A DNA stretch of 54,173 nucleotides, the filler included, from Jimgerdemannia flammicorona (lineage: Eukaryota), in the NCBI GenBank assembly GCA_003990765.1. It is 3 parts of 3 records of this genome, joined end to end, with 100 filler letters (N's around TTAATTAATTAA, not from the genome) between each part and the next. Parts side by side here need not be neighbours in the genome. Positions count along the whole stretch, not along the records: positions 36,187 to 54,173 come from RBNJ01002340.1; 2 more parts are not named here. One strand, given 5' to 3'. Made by a program: the position numbers and the translations under genes. Positions 36,187 to 47,430 of the stretch are shown piece by piece (the stretch's first letter is position 1; the number at the start of each line of letters is the position of its first letter). A model generated the notes under the pieces. The model ran no database searches. It was given only the letters and a program-made list of their open reading frames with translations, and had not been told where the DNA came from.

Positions 36187-37988
36187 GGGAGCTCGAGATG
36201 CTTCATGCTTGGGTTCTTCTTTCTTGGTCCAAGTCTTTTCCTTGTTGTTGAATTGCCTTTGGGGCAGAATTGGTCCAGCTGTTAGGATTTGCTTGACCAT
36301 GGTCTTGATTCTTACCAGGCACCATTGTTGGTGATCACAACCAACTGGACAGTCTTGTTCTCAGATTTTTCTAGTAAGCCATTCAGGCAGTGCATCGAAT
36401 AAATGGTCTGCTCTTGTGCCATTTCATGCTTCATCGTTGGCAATATATCCTAGGCCGACAGTGTTCAGGAGTGACTCGAGTTTTGTACAGAAGGTTTCAA
36501 ATTCTTCTTTGCCATGTACATCAAATTTGAGGTTGCAGAGTTTTACTCGAGATTCGGCAATCATTGTTTCGCTGCGATATTGAGCAATCATGAGTTGTTT
36601 GAGTCCAGGGGCTGCAGGATGGGCTCCATATCCTGGGGCATTGTTTGCTGCATTCTGGGCAACTACTGCAGGTTGGGTATCCCATGTGAGGGGTTTTTCA
36701 GGAAGGGTTCACCACCATTCTTTGGCAGGTCCTCGGAAGAATGTAACAACTCGGTAGACATAGGCTGTAGTTGTAGCAAAGAGTTGTTCCAGAGTGTGGT
36801 CTTGATTATTTGTCAGAACACGGTCAGCGACTCATTCATTGGTCCATTGATTGGCTTCAAAGTTGGTGTCAACTATACTAATGAAGCTTTGGACCTCTTG
36901 TGCAGTGTCATTGAAGGTAGGTAGGCTCAGATTTTTGGTAGGTTGGGTCTGTTCGGCTATGGCAGTAATAGTTGCTGCCATTATAGCTACTTGGACTGTG
37001 AGGTCTAGAATCTGTTGGTTCGCCATGTTGATTGCTGGAGGCGGTTGGACTGCTGGTAGTGGTGTTACTGGTACTACTTGAGGTACTGGTGCAGAGTGTG
37101 ATGGGGTTCTTTGGGTCTGTGTAAGTTGCTGGAGTAGTAGTTGTGGATCTGGAGTGAGGGCTTGATAGATAGCTGTTTGTTGCTGTGTAGGTGTATTCTG
37201 TCCTGATGGATGTGTGTCTCCTTCAGTGGTATATCCAGGATCGAATTCGGTGAGATACTCCTCCTCTTCTTTGGTTTGGTCCCCGTGTAATTGGGTTTGC
37301 TCGGTGTCAAAGTACACAGAATCAGTTGTATATCTGATTTCAGATGGACTTAATTCAAAGTCAAGTTCAGGTTTGGTATTGGTTTCAGATTCAGGTAGGG
37401 TTGTAGTAGGGTCTGGTTCAGGTTCGGAGTCAGGTAGTTGATGAAGGATTTCTCTTGCTTCTTCTTTAAGGATATAGCAGGCCTTGCTGTTCTGGAATCA
37501 GTAGTATAAGGCAGTCTTGGTCCTGGTACAGTAATAGTTGGTAGAGTTGAGCCACTTGGCTACAGAGGCTTGGGCTTCGTGAGGAACTAAGGCTAGAAAG
37601 ACAGCTGCTGGTTGTCCTAGGTCGCTCGGATTTGTGGAGCTGACAAAACTCTTATTGAGAAGAGTAAAGAAGACTTCAATAAGACCTTCTTCATCTTGAC
37701 TTGCTGGGTGTAGTGCAAGGAGTTCGGTGAATAGAGTTTCGCCTATTTGCTGGTTTAACTTGAGTACTTCTTTCTTTGAATGAAGTTTATCCCACTTGTT
37801 GCAGGTGTGGAGGTCAAATTGTCCTTGTACGTCAGGTTCAATTCTCTCCAGATTGTCAGATGGTTCAGGATAAATTCCAGTTCAGAGGTTGGACTTTATA
37901 CCAACTTGTAGGAATTCACAGAAGGGTTTGTAGCAGGGTGAGGAAGTGTCTTGAAGCAGAATTGAATTGTAAACCACTACTACCAAGT

Positions 37989-40046
37989 TGTAAGAGGGTT
38001 ACTTTTTAGGGTAACTGTTATGTAGTTCTCAAAGGGTTTTCTGGAAGTTCTGGATATTCTGGAAGACTATTTTCTTATGGTCAAGATCAATTTCGTATGG
38101 AGTACATCCTCTATGCTTATTGATTTCAAGATCGGGTTGACGTCTCAACCAAAGTCCCTTTTTGGACCAGTTCTGGATGTTCAGGATTTTCCGTATTTCA
38201 GGATTTTCCGTATTTCAGGAAGTTCAAGAAACTAAGACCAGCTTAGTTGAATTGGCATATCGCTGCAGACAATACCCAATTAGGAAATTTCATGATGGGG
38301 TTAGGAGTAAGACCTAACAGAGAGCCGATTTACTTAAGAGTGGTTTGTGGGTTATGGAATAGGTTTATTTGCTATTTATGATATTGCTATACTAGAAGTA
38401 TTTGTGTGAAGGGGTATTGTGGGGAAGTGCTCAGGAGTTGTGTTCGGATTGTTCAAATCTTTCAAGTCTGAGATTCTGAGGTCTGGGGGAGGGGGTATTT
38501 ATACTAGTGAGGGGCTATCTGGACTATGCTAGATATGGATATAGCACTAAGTGCCTTGCTGAGTCGGAATGCAGTCACATAGTACAAGTGTGATCTGACA
38601 TGTCAAGAGATTGTCTGGCTGCTGAGTCAGTTCACAGTTACATTATACAAGGCTAATCTATCTATACTATGACTGCTAGGCTATTTATAGGTTTAGGCAC
38701 TATCTGGGTAGTCTTCGATGACATCACCATCGATTGCATCATCTCTGATGAAGTATTCATCTAGGAAGAGTGGTTCGCAGATAACTTCTCCTTGTTGGCT
38801 GAGATAGTAATACATTGGGACTTCATCTCCATCTCACAGGATAGCATCGTCTGTTTCATATGCTGGATAAGGTGTTGGTGGGCAAAGGATGGGTGTATTG
38901 TCTTCACTTTCATCAGATTCGCTGTCTGCATACCTTCTATAAGTTACAGTACTATGAGTCGCGGGGTTGTAGTAAGCTGACGGCTGTGGTTCAAGTTGCT
39001 CGTACTCAGGTGGTGGGGTTGTTGGTTCGATCTCTAGGGTTGTTTGGAGGTACAGGTTGTGTTCTCCGGTCTCTTCATTATAGTTGAAGTAGTCAGGGGT
39101 GAACGCAGGTTGGTATTCGTGCCAGTGGTCATTGTCCCAATAAGTCTCGTATGTAGTTATGAACTGTTGTAAGTTCATTGGCAAGGTTGACAGAGTGATC
39201 AGGGTTGGCAGAGATCCTTGGCTAGAGGTCATGTCAGTGTCAGAGGGATCATTGTCTTCTACTTCATCTTCGTCGAAGTGAATTATATCGTAGACGTCCT
39301 TCATGGCGTATCTGACTTGAGGCATTTGCAGGATATGGTCATCAGGGTGCGGGAAGGTTCTGTCTGTGGTCTGGACGTATTCGAGGTACTTGTGGTTGAG
39401 TTCTTGTATCATGTCATCGATTTGGCCGTAGGACAGAGTAGCAACCATTTCACTGGTAGTGACTCGGAGACGGGGAATAAAGGTGTTGTACTCATAGAAG
39501 AGTTCTCGATGTTTGCGGGCGATGAGCTTCTGGTGTTGAGACATCTGGGTAATGTCTGTATCATGGTGGTATTCGACCATGTCTTCTAAGAGGTGGCCAA
39601 TCTGGTAGTAGCTTGAGATTTGTCCTATTCGGTGGGCCTCGCTAAGCATGTTCAGGGCATTCCATCGGGCTTCCACGAAGTAGAGGGGTGCCAGACTATG
39701 GATATTCATGAGGGGCAGAGGGGGTGTGGCTCGGTTGACAATGGCATTCCAAATGTCAGTGCGGATGCAGTTGTAAATCTCAGTGGTCATGTTTGTGTGT
39801 TTGGAAGTTGTGGTTGTTGTTTGTTTTGGTTCTCTGATTTGACGTGTCTCGGTGCTCAGTATATATGCATTTGGTCCTGATTGGTAAGGTTCCATTTGTG
39901 TAGATCTTGTGTTCCGTGACTTCGTATTGACTCAGCTTTGTGTGCTGTGACTTCGGTTTGACTCAGCTTCATGATCAAGCAGGTGATTTCCAGATTTGTT
40001 CAGAGGTTGCATGTATTTTTGGTGGCTTGGAGGTTGTGCGCTTACA
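37989..40046 (-). repeat. Family B full LTR (2058 bp), 5' LTR of B1
   Basis: TGTAAG...CTTACA followed by the PBS. Colinear with 47431-49473. Confidence 0.95.
38693..39895 (-). CDS. LTR(U3)-encoded accessory ORF, 400 codons, unknown function (one TGG>TGA stop at codon 354)
   Basis: 353-aa open frame, and the last 46 codons match the open frame of the 53218 copy. Confidence 0.8.
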
Positions 40047-41204
40047 TTATAACAGTATACAAGACTTATTGGAACAATGACCACTGGCATGAATACCAAC
40101 CTGCATTTACTCCCGACTACTTCAACTACAATGAAGAGACCGGAGAACACAACCTGTACCTCCAGACAATCCTCGATATTGAACCAACCACTCCACCACC
40201 TGAGTACAAGCGACATGAACCACAGCCACCAGCTTACTACAATTCTGCAACTCATAGTGCTATAACCTATAGAAGGTACACAGACAGTGAATCCGATGAA
40301 AGCGAAAACAATACACCCCTCCTTTGCCCACCAATACCTTATCCAGTGTACGAGACAGACGATGCTATCCTATGGGATAGAGATGAAGTTCCAATATATT
40401 ATTACCTCAGCGAACAAGGAGAAGTAATCTGTAAGCCATTATTTCTAGACAACTACTTCATCAGAGATGATGCAATCGATAGTGATGTCATCAAAGACTA
40501 CCCAGATAGCACCTAAACCCATAAATAGCCTAGCAGTCATAATATAGTTAGATTAGCCTTGTACGACATAACTGTGAACTGACTCAGCAGTCAGACGATC
40601 TCTTGATATGTCAGATCACACTTGTACTATGTGACTGCATTCCGACTCAGCAAGGCACTTAGTGCTACATCCATATTTAGCATAGTCCAGATAGCCCCTC
40701 ACTAGTATAAATATCCCCTCCCCCAGACCTCAGAATCTCAGACTTGAACAGACTCGAACACACAAGAACATTCCTGAATACTTCTCCACAATACCCCTTC
40801 ACACAAATACTTCTAGTATAATAATATTATGAATAGCAAATAAACCTATTTGATAACCCACAAACCACTCTTAAGTAAATCTGCTCCCTATTAGGTCCTA
40901 CTCCTAACCCTGTCATGAAATTTCCTAATTGGGTATTGTCTGCAGTGATACACCAATTCAACTAAGCTGGTCTTAGTTTCTTGAACTTCCTGAAATACGG
41001 AAAATCCTAAACATCCAGAACTAGTCCAAAAAAAAGAACTTTGGTTGAGACATCAACCTAATCTTGCAATCAATAAGCGTAGAGGACATACTCCATATGA
41101 AATTGATCTTGACCATAAGAAAACAGTCTTCCAGAACATCCAGAATATCTAGAAAACCTTTCTAGAACTATGTAATGGTTACCTTAAAAAGCAACCCTCT
41201 TACA
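40047..41204 (+). repeat. B2 5' LTR, distal 1158 bp (cut by B1)
   Basis: Colinear with 48316-49473 and begins inside the U3 ORF. Confidence 0.93.
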
Positions 41205-43230
41205 ACTTGGTAGCAGCGGTTTACAATCCAATTCCGCTTCAAGACACTTCCTCACCCCACTACAAACCCCTCTGCAAATTCCTATAAGTTGGTATAAAGC
41301 CCAACCTCTGAACTGGAATTTATCTGAACCATCTGACAATCTGGAGAGAATTGAACCTGATGTACAAGGACAATTTGACCTCCACATCTGCAACAAGTGG
41401 GATAAACTTCATTTAAAGAAAGAAGTACTCAAGTTAAACCAGCAAATAGGCAAAACCCTATTCACCGAACTCCTTGCACTATACCCAGCAAGTCAAGACG
41501 AAGAAGGTCTTATTGAAGCCTTCTTTACTCTTCTCAACAAGAGTTTTGTCAGCTCTACAAATCCGAGCAATCTAGGATAACCAGCAGCAGTCTTTCTAGC
41601 CTTAGTTCCTCACGAAGCCCAAGCCTCTGTAGCCAAGTGGCTCAACTCTACCAACTTTTACTGCACCAGGACCAAGACTGCCTTATACTACTGATTCCAG
41701 AACAGCAAGGCCCACCATATCCTTAAGGAAGAAGCAAGAGAAACCCTTCACCAACTATCTGATCCCGAACCTGAAGCAGGCCCTGCTACAGCCCTACCTG
41801 AATCTGAAACCAATACCGAACCTGAACTTGACTTTGAATTAAGTCCATCTGAAATCAGATATACAACTGATTCTGTCTAATTTGACGCTGAGCAAACCCA
41901 ATTACACGGGGACCAAACCGAAGAAGAGGAGGAGTATCTCACCGAATTCGATCCCGGATATACCACTGAAGGAGACACATGTCCATCAGGACAGAATATA
42001 CCTACACAGCAACAAACAGCTATCTATCAAGCCCTCACTCCAGATCCACAACTACTACTCCAGCAACTTACACAGACCCAAAGAACCCCATCACACTCTG
42101 CACCAGTACCTCAAGTAATACCAGTAACACCACTACCAGCAGTCCAACTACCTCCAGCAATCAACATAGCGAACCAACAGATTCTTGATCTCACAGCCCA
42201 AGTAGCTATAATGGCAGCAACTATCACTGCCTTAGCTGAACAGACCTGACCTACCAAAAATCTGAGCCTACCTATCTTCAATGGCACTATATAAGAAGTC
42301 CAAAGCTTCATTAGTGTAGTTGACACCAACTTCGAAGCCAATCAATGGACTAATGAGCGAGTTGCTGATCGTGTTCTGACAAACAATCAAGACCACACCC
42401 TGGAACAACTCTTTGCTACCACTACAGCCTATGTCCACCAAGTTGTTACATTCTTCCAAGGACCTGCCGAAGAATGGTGGCGAACCCTTCCTGAAAAACT
42501 CCTCACATGGGATACCCGACCTACAGTAGTTGCCCAGAATGCAGCAAACAATGCCCCAGGATATGGAGCCCATCCTGCAGCCCCTGGACTCAAACAACTC
42601 ATGATTGCTCAATACTGCAGTGAAACCATAATTGCTGAATCTCGAGTAAAATTCTGTAATCTCAAATTTGATGTATATGGCAAAGAAGAATTTGAAACCT
42701 TCTGTACAAAACTCGAGTCACTCCTGAACACTGTTGGCCTAGGATATATCACCAATGATGAAGCACAAAATGGTACAAGAGCAGACCATTTATTTGATGC
42801 ACTACCTGAATGGCTTACTAGAAAAATCTAAGAACAAGGCTGCCCAGTTGGTTGTGATCACCAACAATAGTGCCTGGCAAGAATCAAGACTATGGTCAAG
42901 CAAATCCTAACAGCCGGACCAATTCTGTCCCGAAGACAATTCAACAACAAGGAAAAGACTTGGACCAAGAAAGAAGAACCTAAGCATGAAGCATCCTGAG
43001 CTCCCTTCACATCCACCTCTTGGACACCCAGAAATCCTGAACCCACCCAGCCCAGTACCTTCAAGAAACTTACTGAAGATGAAAGGAATGAACTTCGAAG
43101 AAGTAGAGCATGCTTCTATTGCCGAAAGACAGGACACATGGCCAGTGCCTGCCCTAACCGAAAGCCCCAAGCAGCAACATGAGCAACTGTCACCACTCTG
43201 CACCACCTCAACAACCTGACCACCAGAATA
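41205..43230 (+). pseudogene. gag: B2 gag with long N-terminal extension and zinc knuckle
   Basis: LSLPIFNG, FFQGPAEEWW, CFYCRKTGHMASAC at 43111-43152. Scattered transition-type stops. Confidence 0.88.
41208..41219 (+). promoter_or_regulatory. PBS, probably initiator tRNA-Met type
   Basis: TGGTAGCAGCGG 3 nt after the LTR CA; resembles the iMet PBS TGGTAGCAGAG. Confidence 0.65.
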
Positions 43231-43236
43231 CTAGAC

Positions 43237-43636
43237 TTTGTCAAGTTAAGACAAACTGCTAAGGCCCCAACCAAAGAAAGTCAAAAAGCAGCCAGATATG
43301 ACCTGTATGCAGCTGAAGAAGCTACAGTCTCCAACTGAGAAGTCAAACAAGTCTACACAGGAATCAGTATCCCAATCCCTGAAGGACATGTTGGAAGAAT
43401 ATGCTGTCGCAGCAGCCTAGTACTGAAAGGACTCTCAGTAGAAGGAGGAGTCATTGACAAAGATTACACAGGCGAAATCATTGTCCTCATTCGAAACCAC
43501 AGTTGGACACCCTTCAAGATCCCTATTGGTTTCTGCATTGCCCAGATCATATTCGAAAAAATTGAGTCAACCCTGACAGTCAAGGAAGTCCCTGAACTAC
43601 TGCCCACCATCCGAGGATCCAAAGGATTTGGCTCAT
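43237..43636 (+). pseudogene. dut: B2 dUTPase, in frame between zinc knuckle and protease
   Basis: AARYDL (AAGYDL in unit 2), CRSSL, GGVIDKDYTGEI, IAQII, RGSKGFGSS. Confidence 0.92.
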
Positions 43637-43849
43637 CAAACAAGGCCCCAGCCCAACCTATCATGAGTAAAGAAGAACAATTCTATAAGAAGATCGAAGA
43701 TGGATATGTACCAAGTGGCTGATGCCCTCAGGTATTGGAATGTACTCTTCCTGAATGATTGATGATTACTTCTCTTGTGTCAATGAACTGGCTCAAAGAA
43801 GAACCAATAGAAGGAAAGCTACTACAATGGAAATTACCACAATTGGATC

Positions 43850-46800
43850 AGACAAACTGCTCACCCTTAAGGCTTTTGTCAATGGAGCACCTGTTAAGAT
43901 TATGATAGACAGTGGTGCCTCAGGCAACTTCATCAATGAAGAGACAGCCAACAGACTCAAGGTCTTCACCTCCCCAGTACAGCAAACTCAAGCAGTTGCT
44001 ACAGCTGATGGAACATCACATGTTATTAGCAAAGAAGTCCACAATCTATCTTTCCAAATTGGCGATTACCGAGTACATGTTACCCTCCAAATCATACCAC
44101 TTCCTGACAATGAAATTATCCTTGGGACTCTATGGTTAAAACAAGAGAACCCTATGATTGATTGGGTAAACCATTCTCTGACCATCAAGAAAGGACGCCA
44201 CAACTTCAAACTACAAGGTGAAAAGGACCCACTCAACTCTAGGGACCCTGGACCAAAGATCACCCACATCAATAAGCTACAACTTAAGAAATTAGCCAAG
44301 AAATGCCCTCTCTTCGCCATCTCCATCCAACCATCCAAAGGAGAACCCGAGAACCCTGAAGAGGATTTTTCCAAAGCCGACAGCCATGTCAGACCACTAC
44401 TCCAGAAATTCTGAGACATATTCCCAAAGAAGCTCCCGAAAGGCCTACCTCCCAAACGAGCAGTAGACCATGCAATCAAGACTATCCCAGATACCAAACC
44501 AGCCTTCAAGTCAATCTACCACATGTCTCTGAGAGAAATTGATGTACTCAAGAAAGAAATTGATGAACTCCTAGAACAAGGATTCATCAGACCTAGCGTA
44601 TCACCCTATGGTACACCAGTCCTCTTTGTTGTCAAGAAAGGAGGAGACCTATGAATGTGCATTGACTACCACAATCTCAATGAACAGACCATCAAAAACT
44701 GTTGCCCACTACCAAGGATTGATGAAATATTCAATAGACTTACCAACCCACAATTCATGAGCTCTTTTGACCTGCAAAATGGTTACTGGCAAATTTCCAT
44801 GAAAGAAGAAGACATCTACAAGACAGCTTTTCAAACTCGCTATGGACACTTCGAGTTCCTGGTTATACCCTTTGGCTTAACTAATGCTCCAGCAACCTTC
44901 CAGACACTGATGAATACCATTCTGCATCCATACCTGGACAAATTCGTTGTTGTCTATATTGATGACATCCTAGTCTTCAGCAAAACCCTGGAGGAACATC
45001 TTGAACACCTTGAACTAGTACTACTGAAACTCTGAGAAAACCAACTCTTTGCAAAACTCAGCAAGTGCGAATTTCTTTTGAAAGAAATTCAATTCCTTGG
45101 ACACATTATCACTCTAAATGGAATTAAAGTGGACCCCAGCAAAATCTCTGTGATCAAAGATTGGCCCATACCCAAGAAGCTGAAAGACCTTCAGTCATTC
45201 CTGGGATTAGCAAATTATTACAGGCGATTTGTTACCAACTTTGCTAAAATCGCTACTGCCCTCACCCAAATGACCAAGCATAGCAAGAAACAAGAACAGC
45301 CCTGGACCATGAAATAAGAGAAAGACTTCAACAATCTTGTAAATTGGGGATACAAGCAAGATACCACCTTTCAAGCACTGAAGGATGCCTTGATAACCAC
45401 TCCAGTACTTCAAGCAGCAAACTCTGCCCTACCATATGAAGTTACTACTGATGCCTCTGACCTAGCTCTTGGAGCAGTGCTCGTGCAAGAAGGACACCCT
45501 GTGGCCTATCACTCCCACAAGTTCAATGATGCCGAAATCAACTACACAACTCACGAGAAGGAAATGCTAGCCATCGTAGACACTCTGATCAAATGGCGAC
45601 CATACCTAGATAGAGCACACTTCACAGTATTGACTGACTACAAGTCATTAGTCAACATCAAGACACAGGCTACCCTTTCTCGAAAGCAAGCCAGATGGAT
45701 GAAAGTCCTCACCAACTTTGACTATGAAATCCTATACCACCCTGGCAAGGAAAATATTATTGCTGATACAATTTCCAGACCACCAATTGAAGAGGTTATC
45801 CAAACTCTGATCTTGGTTACCAACACTATCATGGAACAAATCATTGCAGCATGTGTTGATAATAAAGAAGCTCAAGCACTCTGAGAAATCTTGAACAGTG
45901 ATGATGCTAACAAGTATACCCAGTATAACCAATACCAACTCAAGGACAATACTATCTACTACAAGGACAGACTGTATGTTCTGAACAACTGAGATCTCAG
46001 AAGGACTATCCTATTCGAATGTCATGATGCCCCTACAGCTGGATATTTAGGATTTGATAAATACTATAAAGTTATCTTCCAAAACTTCTATTGGCCCCAT
46101 ATAGCAGATCAGCTCAAAACCTACATCACTTCCTGTGATGCCTGCCAATGAAACAAGTCCTCAACACTAGCAAAACCTGGCTTACTCCACTCTATCCCAG
46201 TACTATCCACAACTTGGGAACAAATCTCTATGGACTTCATTATACAACTACCCCGAACCAAGAATGGGAAAGATGCAATTGTTGTCTTTGTGGACTATCT
46301 CAGCAAACAAGCCCACTTTGTGCCTACTACCACTACTGCAACAGCACCAGATATAGTCACACTCTTGTTTGACAACATCTTCTGCTATCATGGTCTTCCT
46401 AAGATCATTGTTAGTGACCGAGATCCGAAATACACCAGCCACTTTTGGAAAGCCCTCCATACACACCTTGGAACAAAACTTGCACTATCCACAACCTTTC
46501 ACCCAGAAACTGATGGCCAAACTGAAAGAATGAACCGAACTCTGGAACAAATGCTAAGGAACTATGTTTCCTACAGAAAGATGATTGGCATGAACACCTC
46601 ACCGCAGTTGAGTTTGCCTACAACAATAGCAAACAAGTCTCTCTTGGAATGACCTCATTCTTCACCAATACTGGACAAAATCCAAACACCCCTTTGACGC
46701 TTATCCAAACTACTGATGAATCCTCCACAGTTGAAGCTGTTGAAGAATTCCTACTTCGAATGCGCAATCTAAGCTAGATTGCAATTGAGAATTTATCACA

Positions 46801-47290
46801 AGCTCAAGAACAACAGTCACAGTATATTAACCAATACCGCCAAACCTTTGATATTGGAGAAAAAGTTCTACTGGACATCAGAGGATACTGAGTTGACAAC
46901 CTCAAGTACAGACCATCTACTAAGCTGAACAGCAAGTTCATTGGACCATTTGAAGTCATCGCACAAGTCTCTCCAACCTCCTACAAACTGGCACTACCAG
47001 ACACCATTAAGATTCACCCAGTCTTTAATGTTCAACATCTCAAGCAATATAATGAGAATGATGATGAGCTATTTCCAAACTGGACCACCAAACCACCTGC
47101 ACCTGTCATTATTAATGACCAAGAAGAGTATGAAGTTGAACAAATCCTCAATAAATGTGGCAACAAGAACCATCCCGAGTACCTTGTCAAATGGAAAGGT
47201 TACCTGATCCATGATGCAACCTGGGAACCCAAGACCAATCTCCAGAATACTACTGACCTAGTTCAGGAATATGATTTCTTGAACAACTAG
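43850..47290 (+). pseudogene. pol: B2 pol: protease, RT, RNase H, integrase, chromodomain
   Basis: [58 protein letters not shown], then EEYEVEQIL...YLVKWKGY...ATWEP (47123-47290). A 1-nt loss near 46576 relative to B3. Confidence 0.96.
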
Positions 47291-47416
47291 AACCAAATAT
47301 TCCACACCTATCCATATATACTATATATTATCCTTCCGAACATTATAATTATTACAAACCAAACCAAGAACTCAGCAGAACAAAATTAGAAGGCCCCAAC
47401 GAGGATGTCAAAAGCT

Positions 47417-47429
47417 AAGAAGAGGAGAG
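47417..47429 (+). promoter_or_regulatory. Polypurine tract
   Basis: AAGAAGAGGAGAG one base before the 3' LTR TGTAAG. Confidence 0.9.
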
Positions 47430-47430
47430 T

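Larger units (their letters stand above)
36187..40046 (-). mobile_element. Family B copy B1 (complete 5' LTR, PBS, gag 5' part), inserted in the 5' LTR of B2
   Basis: LTR 40046-37989, PBS TGGTAGTAGTGG 37985-37974, gag homologous to B2. Confidence 0.93.

Noticed and set aside
38693..39895. env gene
   Set aside because: No signal peptide, transmembrane segment or furin/fusion motif is visible, and it lies inside the LTR.
36068..40046. Retrotransposon disrupting DIP2
   Set aside because: The two are separated by an artificial linker between contigs.
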